NCBI GenBank assembly: GCA_964276515.1
Contig: OZ193910.1
Location: 3,844,001-3,908,000 of the forward strand
Source: Gordius albopunctatus
Taxonomy: Eukaryota
Direction of reading: 5' to 3'
DNA: 64,000 nucleotides
Part shown: positions 12,901-25,500 of the stretch, in pieces
Position numbering within the stretch: the first letter of the stretch is position 1
How the letters are laid out: the number at the start of each line of letters is the position of its first letter
The notes under the pieces: model-generated
Databases searched by the model: none
What the model was told of the DNA's origin: nothing
The model's input: the letters and a program-made list of their open reading frames with translations, nothing else
Position numbers and translations under genes: made by a program

Positions 12901-15900
12901 TGCGATCCAGCTTGGTGTAGCCTAAGCTCCATCGCACCATTCTCATTTCCGTGACTTGCAAGAGTTTCTCCTCCGCGGTGGTTACAGCCCATGTTTCGCT
13001 CCCGTAAAGCAAGACCGGTCGCACGATGGTTTTGTACGCCTTGCTTTTCAACCAAATTGGTATCTTTTTGTCACACATGACACCGGAGATGCTGCGCCAC
13101 TTGAGCCATGCTTTCTTGATCCGAGAATAGACTTCGGCGGTACATCCTCCCTCTTGATGTAATAGCGAGCCAAGATATGTGAACTTATCAACCTCCGTGT
13201 ACCTTGGACCGTCAATTTTGTGCATTTGCGGACTACCGCCCATCGTTTGCATGTAAACCGTTTTCTTCTCGCTGACCTTTAACCCGAATTCCGAGAAACG
13301 TTCTGACCATTTTTTCGCCTGATGAAAAACCCCTTCTCTTGTTTCATCGCATAGGACAATATCGTCGGCATATAGCATAGTCCAAGGGGCTGGCTTGTGC
13401 AAGTTCTTTGTTATTGTATCCATAATTAGAGAAAACAAGAATGGGCTTAACGCTGATCCTTGATGTAGTCCGATCATTATTCGGAAGGGTTTCGTTACTC
13501 CTACGGTAGTCCTAACAGATGCAACCGCGCAATTATACATTTCCTTGATAAGTCGAACATATCCTTCGGGTATATTTCTGGCTCTAAGGGACCACCATAT
13601 TAAGTCTCTCGGAACCGTATCGTAGGCCTTTTCTAAATCGATGAAGACCATGTGTAATTTCTTTCTTATGTCGCCATATTTTTCCATCGTCTGCTTCAAC
13701 GCAAAGATTGGGTCCATCGTTGATTTACCGGCCACAAATCCAAACTGATTGGGCGAGAGACAAACTTCGTCATTGAGCCTTTTCACTAGCACCCTTTCTA
13801 GTAGTTTTAGTGAGTGGCAGGTCAACTTGATACCTCTAAAGTTGCCACATTCCTGAGCGTCTCATTTGCCTTTGTGTATGGGTATGATCGTACTTTCCCT
13901 CCATTGGTCAGGGATACGACTCTCATACAGCATAGCGTTAAATAGGCCTGTCATTATGTCGATTCCTTCTCCTCTGCACCCAAGCTAAGCTTCGATCGGT
14001 AAATCATCGGGACCTAGCGCTTTCCCTTTCCGCATCTTCGTTAGTTGCGCTCCTACTTCATAAGCCTGCAATGGTAAAACCAAGTTCGAGTTCGGTTCCA
14101 CCCTCTCTAGCGGTCTTCTATCATTCGTTTTGTTCATCATATTTTGGAAATAATCTTTCCATCTTTTGATGACTTCCTTCGGTTTGCACAACGTCCGTCC
14201 CTCTTCGCTTTTAATGACTTTCAGTGTCCCGACATCTCGACTTTTTTTCTCCCTAATCTTTGCGAGTTTATACATGACAATGTCGCCGCCCTTGGTATCG
14301 AGCTTGTTTGCCATCTCTGTGTAAGCCTCGTTCTTCGCTATCGCAACCGCTATCTTAGCTTTGCGTTTCGCTTCACGATATGCCACGTAGTTTTCTCCTT
14401 TCTTCGTTTTGTACCATCGTAGGTACAACGCCTTCTTTTCTTCTATAGCCTCTTTGACCGAGTCATTCCATCACCATAGTTCACGCTTTTGAGCTCTGCC
14501 GCCCTTAGTTCGTCCCAAGATTTGAAAGGCCGTTTCCTTTAGGAAATTTGCAACGGTGTCCCACCTTTTGTTAATGTCGCCCCCCAAGCCTGCAACCTTC
14601 AAAAGCGGAGTTGCTCGAGCGTGAAACATTTCATTTGCACGACCATCCTTAAGCTTTTCGTACTTTGTCCTTGGTGTGTAGACTTTTTTTCCTTACGGGA
14701 AAAATCTTTCTTGCTATATCGAGGACAACTGGCCGATATTGTTTGGCGATTTCTTCCACTGGTATAACCTTGCAATCTTTAACTTGCCACAAATTTTTGC
14801 GCTTCACTAAGATGTAGTCGACCTGTGTAAGGTGATCCCCACTACTGTACGTCGCTAAATGTTCGGTACGCTTCTGAAAGAAGGTATTAACAATGGCCAT
14901 ACCGTAAGCTTGCGCCATCTGTAGTAACTTCTCTCCCTCTTTATTTTTCACCCCATAGCCATGCCCGCCGTGATTTCGTTCGTACACGCCTCTTTCTTTC
15001 CCAACGTGCCCATTAAAGTCTGATCCGGTGATGAGATTCTCGTCAGGCTTCACGTAGTGTATTTCTTTTTCGAGCTTCTCATAGAATTCGTCCTTCTCAT
15101 TTTCGGAACATCCAACCTGGGGCGAATACGCACAAATAACATTGACAAGGCCGCCTTGATACGCCAGCTTTATGCACATCAATCTATCCGAGCATCGTTT
15201 GACTTCGACTACCTTGTCCTTAAAGGAATCGCTAAGCACTATACCGACCCCGTTCTTCCGTGATGGGGAACCCGAGTAGTATAGCTTGTAACCATCTCCT
15301 AGCTACCTGGCTTTTGTTCCATGCCACCGCGTTTCTTGTAGACACGCTATGTGTATCCTTCGCCTTTTTAGCATCTACGCAACCTCGATGCTCTTCCCCG
15401 TCAGTGTGCCCACATTCCAGCTGGCCAATTTTGTCCGTTCGACAACTAGATTACTTAACCGCCTTCGTTGTGAGTGAGGCGGTGACCCTTGTATACTTTT
15501 CACATTGCACGGGCGGATGATGCAATGCGCGTCGTTTGGGGAGGATGCCCTAGCATTCTGGTATAAGTTCGTATTTGTAGCTGCCATGATTTTTGGAGTT
15601 GCTTTTTTTTTAAAAAACCTATATCATAATGGTGAATATATTAATTGTATTTTTTCAATATTTATAGTTTCCTTCAAGCTTTTCCTGTCTCTAAACACGG
15701 AAGACGATTCATCGCCCGACAATATAAACACCAATAATTTAGGTATATACAGAGAAATTATGTAAATTTTTTACTCGATTTAAAATATGGCCAAAAAATT
15801 ATTTTAAACACTAATCGATCACTTTATTAGCTAGTCTCTCGAACGGACCATCGTTGTACCATAAACAACTGAGTTTCGGTTCCCTTAATTCAAATAGTGC

Positions 15901-18580
15901 CATCATTATGCCCACGATCCTCAAAGCAACAAAAGGTGAAATAGACATATATATTATTTATGTATTGGTAATAATTCGAAAATAAAAATATACGCACGAT
16001 TTTTAAAACTTATGTATTATTAATAATAAATAAATATACAAATTTTATTTAAGGGGAACTGATAAGTTAGGCAAAGTAAGGTTTAAAATTACCTATGAAA
16101 AAAAGTAACTTTAATACCATGGCCAAATTAATTCGAAAGATTACACCAAAATTATTATAATTGTTATTTAGCTTAATAAGAGTCAATTTTATATTTGTTT
16201 ATTTAAGCTGTTTTTTAAAATTGTTTAGATAAAATGGGTCGATAAATTATGTCGAGAAAAGAGATACCGTAAGGAAATAACAAATTCAAATGAATTAAGA
16301 AATAAAATGTCAAATTTAATAGAAAGGATAAAAAAACCATGATAATTTGAAAAGTGCAAATAAAATATAGATCTCCAAAATTAACTTCTTTAATAAATCG
16401 TTATAAATTCATTATTATTATTGATCGGGGAATATGTAGCTAAGCCTGATTGCGTGAGCGAAAGGAATAACGAATTGTCCAAACAAAATAAAAACGATCA
16501 ATTATCGGATATATTTGTGCCAAACTGCACAAGAGATGGCCTTTACGCTCCATTACAATGTCACAAGGGTACTGGTTATTGCTGGTGCGTTAATAAAGAA
16601 AATGGGCGCCCGATCCCAGGCACCTCACAACTCGGAGCCAGGATAGATTGTGATAGCTCAAGCAAGAAGGGATCACGAATTATTAAAGGTTCCTTAAGTC
16701 TTATAAAATATAAAGAATGATGATGACATTTAACAAAATTATTGTAGGTTTTGAAAATTTTTTGTTTAAATAGCTTGTAGTCAAACCAAATTTGTCGTAT
16801 ATTTTTAAATTGAGGAAAGAGGTTTTCGGACATTCGGAACTTTTCCTTGCATTCGCTTTTGATAGGAACCCTTTTTATAAAGTAACTTCCTTAATTGCAT
16901 TTATGTAAATTAGTGCCTGTCGCTAAGGACCATTGAAAAAGTTAAGTGGGTAAGTTGCCCTCTTAAATTAAAAGAATTATAATATGCAGCTAAAACGTTA
17001 GTATATTCTTTATTATTTGAAGTTCTGTAAATTGAAAAGTATAAACTATATTCAAATCCAGGGATACCCGATTATCTCATATGCATCATTTAGCTTTAAA
17101 AGCCATTAGAAAGATTATTTATGGAATTAACTATAACTTATATGCATAAGAAATTTCTTTTATATGTTCATAAAAGTATAAATGAAATAAATTTGAACTT
17201 ACTTTTGTAAAATATAAAGTCAAACTAACACCACCACACATAAATAAATTTTTTTAATATTTTTTTATAAACTTGAAGTACCTCGTATTCAAAATTCTTT
17301 TAAAAAGTTCGGACACCTTATGATCATAAATGTAAAATGGATGACATATCTAGCACGTACATAATCCTATTAAGGAATAGATAATTTTGCGTCATAAGAA
17401 TTAATTTATATATAAATACATGTTTAAGACACAAAATTCAGGTCAGTCAGACACGAAAGGGGCCTAGAAGTTTATAAAGTGTTAGCCTTTAAGCTGAAAC
17501 AATGAAGTTAAGATGATATAATTTAGTAATATTATTTATAATCGCGAGCGTGAATTTAGAAAAGCTGCAGAGCCAAACGTTTTGGGGGAAATTTTTAGCT
17601 GGTATTTTAATTTTTTCCCTTAATTAAATATCATAAAAAATACCTAATTATTAAGTTTCCACATTTTACAAAATAAAAACGTTTTGTTTATGATCGTCAA
17701 CTCATATTATTAATATTTAATGTTATATATAATAGGATGTGATGAGCTGTTAAAACAACAATTTTTGACCAGACTTATGGATGACTTATCGAAAGAAATG
17801 GTTTCGGAATATGCGAAAAATTCCAGAAAGTAATCATAAACCCTTCAAATATTAACACTCTTTAAAGTTTCATTTCGTGGCTTAGAGCCGATCAATCGCT
17901 GGAAGAGAAGGCAGTCAGGTGGAAGTACTACAAAATGGACATAAATAAAAACGGGGTAAATTTTATATAAACACCTTTTCATGGACACTTACACGGGCTT
18001 AGCCAGAGGGGGGGGGGGGTGGGGAGGGGCTGCTATCCCCCTCTAAATCCAAAAAATTGTTGAAGTTTAAAATTATGGCTAAAATTTCAAAAAATTATCA
18101 TTTTGCCCCTCCTTAAATCATTATTGCCCCCCCCACTAATTCCAATGCTGGTTACGCTCAGGAACACTTTTTCTACAATAAATTAATTTGTTTTTTGTTA
18201 AATTGTAGTACTATAGTGTTTCGGGATAAAAAAATAAGATTTCTTCTTATTACATATTAAAAATTTTTATGTCAACTTATTTGTTGCAAAGGTATCCAGA
18301 ATTGGGATTGGGGCAATTTATAACTAAAAAATTTTCATAAGTATATATTTTTAAGCATTTTTTTTTATAAATTTTAATTTATATACATTATCGTATCAAG
18401 GTGATGGACAAAAGTGAATGGCCTTTATTCAGGAAATCGATCAAAAAAACGAAAGAATTTCGGAAATGCGTGAGAAATTTTCAAAAATATTGCGACATCA
18501 ACCAAGATAAACGCGTCACCATTTCAGAATGGCTAGAATGCACTGGCGTTAAAAACAATGCCGCTCCTGCCACACTTTAA
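9991..18580 (+). CDS. SMOC: SPARC-related modular calcium-binding protein (SMOC/Pentagone-magu-like); TY1-EC-TY1-EC architecture; 5' end unresolved
   Basis: Phase-consistent GT-AG exons: 9991-10203 (TY1, QCHTDTGYCWCVD), 10859-10993, 12090-12359 (KWKF..TDGDNNG, CDIDRNRRISLTEW), 15668-15742, 15831-15935, 16440-16688 (TY1, QCHKGTGYCWCVN), 17736-17829, 17886-17955, 18401-18580 (YCDINQDKRVTISEWLEC, TAA). Confidence 0.88.
11140..11420. mobile_element. MITE with 8-bp TSD (hAT-like) in a SMOC intron
   Basis: TIR CATAGACTAATAGACT / AGTCTATTAGTCTATG; TSD ATTCGAAT/ATTCAAAT (1 mismatch). Confidence 0.8.
12590..15590 (-). mobile_element. Near full-length, degenerate RTE-clade LINE, antisense in a SMOC intron
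   Basis: APE endonuclease (SWNVGTL, CLQET, DFNGHVG, QVDYIL) followed by RT (FIDLEKAYD, GLHQGSALSP, YADD, FTYLGS) and a C-terminal RGRGRPRATW. Several stops and frameshifts. Confidence 0.95.
17992..18161. mobile_element. Degenerate G-tract MITE (same family as 31899-32065)
   Basis: CACGGGCTTAGCCAG(G)n...GCTGGTTACGCTCAGG; interior matches the reverse complement of 31899-32065. Confidence 0.7.
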
Positions 18581-19524
18581 AATGGGTAGTCAAACCCTTA
18601 ATTAATCATACCCACCAGTGACTGTTATGTTACAGAAAACTCGGCAATTATTACTCCGACTGTAACTATAAAGTTATCCCTATCATTTTTGATCTAAACT
18701 GTCACGTTTAATATCAAAGAACGTTATATTCAATCTTAAATTTTAGCTAAATATCAGTTTTTTGATTAAGGTGGAACAAATTGTGTCTTAACAAACACTA
18801 CAAAGTAGTTATAATATATCCATTATAGCGTTTTGTAATTTATATTACGGCAAACTTGTGAAGATAAATCGTTTGTAAACGGTGTGTCATTGTTTCTTTA
18901 TTTGGGCGTATAAAGCTCGTTTAGCTTGTAGTAAAAATAGTAATTGTTTTTTTAATTAATAGTGTAAATTAATAAATTGTAAAAAAATAATTTTATGTAT
19001 AAAACTTCTATCAATTATTGCATACAATTAAAGGTGAATGATGAGTTTGGCAATAGATAATCTTTTAGCCTATAATCATTTTATCATCGATTGACATAAT
19101 AATAAATTAGGATTAAGTTTATAATTACATAACAAAAATTCCAAACTATTTAATAATCTATAATTTCATGACATTCATTGTATTTTTACAAAAATGTTTG
19201 CTCAACCATCATTTTATATCCAATTTCGATGCTACATTTCTAATATAAGTTTTAGTCCTGTTAGAATAATTAACTTAAAAAATCTTAAACCTTCCGTATT
19301 TACTCAAAAAAAAAGTTTACTATAAAATTTATTCAATGTACCGCGAAACCGATGACACGTATTGCATATTAAATTTGCGTGTATGTACATAATAAATAAT
19401 CGAATAGATAAGTGCATCGAATCAGAAATCTCATTTGATTTGTGATTGTGGGGAAAAGTAAATGTTATGAAATTTAATGGGGGCCATTTGCAACAAAATC
19501 ATTTATAGTTTGAGAAAGGACCTT

Positions 19525-22500
19525 TTATTCACATTTCACCAAACCAGCTTTTTTAGCTTCAATCTCGTATATCAGAAGTCGCCACATCTTCACGACAAAA
19601 ACTTCGGCCTCTTCATCTAGCACCTAGTATAATTTTTTTTACCAAAATAAAAAAAACAACCAAGTCTAATCAAAATTTTCTTTTATATATTAAAAAAATG
19701 GTACGGCAAAAAATGTCTTAATTATTACAAAAAATATTTTATCACTTTTAATAAAAAAGTTTAAATATAAATTTACGAAAAAACTGAACGCTTAGGATCT
19801 ATAACTCATCTAAAATACCATCAAGATGTCATCTAAAATGGCTTGGGGTGTGCTCTTAGTGAGTAATTTAGAGGATATAAATTCGACTAGGGTGGGTTCT
19901 TCTTCCCCAATGTATTCGATTATCTTTTTGTTGATCCACGGCCGGATCCGTTTTTCCATCAAAGGCTGATTCGTAAATTGACAAGCAAATAGTGTGTTAT
20001 ACATTATACCTCTCATATTTAAAATATAATTTTTTAATGTTTATAAGCCGAGCTCAGCGTTAATAATGTATAGATTTAAAGCGTTGAACTTAAAAAACTT
20101 GGCAACAAAGTGAGATGACTGCGACTTATTTGATGTCAGTTGACAAAAAGTATAAATAATTGGGTTAACAATAATTCAATAGTCGGTAAAATAATACAAA
20201 GTTAAATAATTTCTTATACATATCAATAGTTTTTACCGCATCTACCAGTTCCCAATCAATTTCGTAGGCAAATAGTTGAGGTTTGGTCGTTGGGATCTTT
20301 TCGATAAGCTTTTTAATGGATTGCCGTTTTTCCTCGAGCGTGAGCGGTTTTTGTCCGTCATCTGTGTAAATTTTTAGGTTAGCAAAATACATCTTATTTC
20401 GTTCATTTTAACAAATGATTCTGCCTGCTAAAAGAAATGCTAAGTAAAAAAAATTACACAATAAGATATGAATTTTTTTAATTGCTATGCAATTTTATAC
20501 ATTTGCGGACTAAAAAATTATAAATCAACTCAGAGGTAAGATAGCATTAGTGAAGACTTTTAAATGTACAAGTGTACCTAAGAGGTCTAGGGGAGGTAAT
20601 TTTTTACGAACACCATCTGCATCGTCGTCATCATCAGCGTCAAAGAGCGTTTCCAGGGCCCCTTTCTTTTTCTCGCTAAGTCCTGTATAAAAAACGGTTT
20701 TGAAAATACATAAAATAACCCCAATAAACACTGTTTACTATTGATGAAAAACTTTGAGCAATTTTAAAATGATACTAATAAAGGATTCAAATTGCCCCAT
20801 GAACCGTAAAGTGTGTGATAAATATCTAATAGGAATTTAATTGGATATCGATCATGCTGAAAATTGATGCAATGGAAGGATTGTATCTTACACGTAAGTC
20901 ATATTGAGATAACAGATACGTCGCAAAGCTTTAGTGAGAAGCCTAATTTTATTAGCCAAAAAAGTCCAAGATGAAATGAAAACTAATGTACGTATTAAAG
21001 GTTGCAAAAACGGCTCGAACAATTAGAGAGCAAATTTATAAGAGGGCTCTTATCCCATGCTAAATTTTAATGCTTCAAACAAAGGTCTGCCCAAAGTGCA
21101 AATATCAATTTCCTTCTACAAAATTTCATTGGTAAGATGATTAATCCGACCGCGCATATAGATTAAATGAGAATTGGGAACATTAATATACGTACCGAGC
21201 GAGATGGATTTGAAGGCCATGGGTTTGAAACCGTCTTCGGAATTTGGGGCTTGATCGTTCTTCCCAACGTGATTATTGGTGTTGGAAGTATCCATTTTTT
21301 CGCCGGAGTGGGGTAGTGGGGCTGAGGAGTTAAGGTTTGCGGTAGAAGAATCCATAGACTCCGCTATGGGAACGAACAAATCGTTCTTGAGCAATCGCGT
21401 ATCTTCTCTCAGCAGTGAAGGAGCTAAATAGTGTGTGGTAAGCATGCGAACGTTATGACGGACTGAATAAAAAATCAAGCAAATTACAATTACCTCAAGT
21501 CGTTCAGTCACATTTTTAGCGCAAAAATTGTTTTAATAAGATTTGTAAAAGAGCAAAATTTCGATGGGATGAAATCAACTCTCGATCAAGACTATGGCTA
21601 AGACATGAGTGGTGACGTTTAAAAGTCTAGCATCCCGACCAAACCGGGTCAGACCTAAAACCCTGCTGCAAGCAAACATATCTCATGTTTATAAAGTGAA
21701 CGCTATCAAACCAAAAACATCCGTAAACATTAATTATTAGATGCTTTGTCCCATTCTTTAAGTAATTGCTGCTATCTCCACAAATTTTTATCATCGTTGC
21801 CTGTAAAATTAAATTCAAGCGCGAGTGCAAACACTAGCAGAAATATTTTAAAACTTTCGGTAATTACATCTCATAGAAGTGGTGAGGGGTGATAAGGAAG
21901 TGCCATCTTTGCCACGTGACTGTCGCTTGGCCTCATGTCCAGCCTGTGCTTCGTGCGCTACGAGACTACCGGATTTATCTTTCCTCCCTTTACCCTTGTC
22001 TCGTCTAGAAGACCTCGATTTGCTCGATTTCGTGGGTGAAGTTGCGGGCGAAACGACGATGGGATCTCCGTTTTCGTCCAAATTTAGCTGCGGTTGCAAG
22101 TGCTGAGACCTACCCTTTTCCAGCTACAATAAAAATTATTATACATAAATTTCCCCTCCATACAATTTGGAGTGAGTATATAAATATGAGATTTGATGAG
22201 GATAAGTGAAGATATGAATTTCCCTCGTCTTTAAAGAATAGTAATCTAATAATTTTAATGATGAAGCCTCAAATAAAATATTGGAAACTGGATAACAACG
22301 GGACAACACTTCGATTTACCCGTAGTGTTGGCTTTAAACCTTTAAAAACTTGGATCTGAATATGCAAGGGTGGTAGCTGGGTTAACCTTAAATCAAGAGA
22401 AGAATTCTCCCGCCCAGAGTGAAATGAATTTCCCTGGTCTTTAAATAAGCACTAAAGCTCGGGATGATCAAAATGAGCATCAATAACATTGACTGCTAAA

Positions 22501-25500
22501 TGGGCCATTCCATGACAAATCAAAACGTTTTCGACCGACCATCTCAGATAGGGCTAATATTTTGTGAGGATTTAGACCTCATATGAAATAACATTTTCTG
22601 AAAATTTGAGCCATTTTGGGCTAATACTTTTTGAGTTATGGACGCTCAAATGGCCAAAATCACGCTTGATTTATTTGTGAATTTTCTATTTATCAACCAA
22701 CTCATAGCCGTGCCCAAACTTTTTAAATTTGAAATTTGATAACTAAGCATAAAGGAGTCCCCATAGCAAATTTGGTGATAATATATAACAGAGAAGGTGG
22801 TTTTTTAGTTTTCCACAAATTTGACCACAAAACACTAACCACAAAAGTTTGGGTTTTATGTTACATTTTTCTGATATAGAATTTTATTAGGATTAAAATA
22901 CAGCAAAATTTACGAAGCTAGCGGCAATACTTTTGAAGATATGTGGAAAATAGTGAAATTTGTAAAACACGCCCAAACGTGATTTTGGCCATTTCAGCGT
23001 CCATAACTCAAAAAGTATTAGCCCAAAATGGCTCAAATTTTCAGAAAATGTTATTTCATATGAGGTCTAAATCCTCACAAAAAATTAGCCCTATCTGAGA
23101 TGGTCGGTCGAAAATCGTCTTTTTTTTGACGAATCGACATGGAATGGCCCAAATAGCTTTCATCAAATACAAGGTGAGATCGGGCTTTGTCGAAACAACT
23201 ATTTTTTGGCACTAATTGGACTTAATGTCTTATAAAACCATGTACCCAATAGGAAAAACTTTACATTTTTAATCCTATAGTTTGATGAAATATAAAATTT
23301 TAATAAGCGAGCAAGATATATATACTGTAATAAACATTTTATGGACTACAAAAAACCATATTCCCTCCTCCCCTGAGGTTAGGGCTTAAATTTTAGTTAA
23401 GTACAAAGGGAAATCTAAGGATTCAAACTCGTCTATGAGGACAAATTCATAAAAATTGCAGCACAATAAACAACATCAAAAAGACGACAAGTTTTGATGA
23501 CTTAAATATGATTATCCAATGGTCCGTTTATCTATAATTCTTCTATAAACTTTTTAACACCCATAATTTGTTGGACAATTTATGATGTCAGGATTATCAG
23601 AAAATCACATTTGAAACTTAGTAAGTTTATTATTTTTTTTGCAAAATATGTTTTTTATTACATATATCGCGGCCACGTCAAATAAAGTGTTTTAAGCAAT
23701 CTTTTTGCAAAATAATAATCACTATAAGACCGTGTTTATTTCATTAATAAAATTTGTTTTAACTCACACAACATTTTAGGGATTGATACACCTCTACTGG
23801 CATTGATGTAAATGAATGACAGACAGCAACACTGCTGCTACAGAACCCACTGTCTATTACAGTAATGTTTGTCCCCGACCTCATAGCTTATAACTATCTC
23901 ATCTATGTATTATAAAAATGGCATCAGCGATTGATAAGGGGATTATAGTGATTAAATAACACACACACACAAACACTAGAAATGACAAAAGGGGGCTGAA
24001 ACTTTATGCCCATTATTGTAATTCATATGCTAAATTATATATTTTGCCTGTTTACTTAGATTCACTAAAATGATGGGGCCAGTCAAAATTTCATTAAGAA
24101 CATTAGTCACTTGGCAACATCAACCGCGGATATCACAAAAATTTCCAACAACCCTGAGTAAAAGGCTAAAAACTCCAAACTGAGCCATACGTAAGCGAAT
24201 AAAAAAGGATTATAATGTGGAAAAGGATTACATAAGCTAGGGGTAGGGGGATGGGCGTTGTAATTTAAATCACGACAGAATGTGATTAATGCGCAAAATC
24301 TCACTTTGGCAACTTCCTCTTCGAGGTTGGGGTGGCATTCCATCTTAAGTTTTTGCTTGAGTTCCTCAATTTCTTCCTTTTCCTTTTGTCGATCCTTCAA
24401 ATCCATTTCCATCTCCTTTTCCCTCTCCTTCAATCGCCGCGCCAAAAATGTGCCCCTGTTCATATGATATATATGTAAAATTTTGAAATTGTATTACGTT
24501 GGGGACTCCTTCTGACACGTTATTATATTGCGCTTTGATTTAAGGATTTTATACAAATATCAGCCCTAAAGCTTCTAGTTTTCATCATTTTCCTTCAATT
24601 TTGCCATATCGATCAGTGATATTATCGAATTAGATGGAAAAAATTAGATTCCTGAAACGAGAAATACTAAATATTTAAAAAGGGGTTTATTACTAAGCCC
24701 TGCACCTACCTGGATGTGTTTGAAGTTGGCAAAACTTCGAGGGACACCAAAGAGTAAAAAAACAGTTAGAAAGATTGAGGCAACAATAAAACCGCACATT
24801 ATCAAAGTTTAAGGTTGAATTTTACTTGTAGTATTTGTTGTCGTCGCGATGGTCGAGGTAATCTTCCAAAAACTCGCGCAGCCTCTTGGCTTCGCGCAAT
24901 TCCTCGGCCCTGATAGAATCTTCAAAATCTTTCTCCGCCATATGCTCCCGGTGTTTTTTGCTTTCTCGCATTTCCCACAACCTCAATTGCTAAAAACGCA
25001 CATAACCAATCACATCATACGTCAAACAAATTAGATTAATATGCGGTTAAGCCATAAATCAATTTTTGTTGAAAATTTTCGGCATTAGTGATGTAAAACG
25101 CCTGGGTTTGTTGTGAAGATGCGATAAATAAATTTAAATTTTGGAAAAAAATGTGTTTAACTAATTTAGCTAATTTTTGCCCTAGCCCACCTCTTGGTAC
25201 GATGCCTCCTTTTCCCTCAACTTGCGTTCCATCTTGCGCCTCTCGTGGGCTTCCTCTTCTTCAAGTTCGCGGGCAAGCCTCTTTTTTCGCATTTTTTCCA
25301 TCGCCTCGGCGTCCATGAAAGTAGGGGACCGGGTTCGATCTCGCCTCTTCTCGCCCCGACGCGATGGACTCTTCGTACGGGACCGGGAGTCCTTACCAGC
25401 TCTACCATCGGTAAAAAACATAGATTGCACTCGAAGATATTAGAATCTTTTTTTTATATTTTATTTATTAACAATCCGTTGACAGTTAAATAATATAAAT

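Noticed and set aside
12497..15520. Plus-strand and alternative-frame ORFs over the RTE element
   Set aside because: Antisense or shadow frames of the LINE ORF.
21627..21830. 67-aa ORF and possible extra RBM25 exon
   Set aside because: Not needed for frame continuity, no RBM25 similarity and no clear donor.
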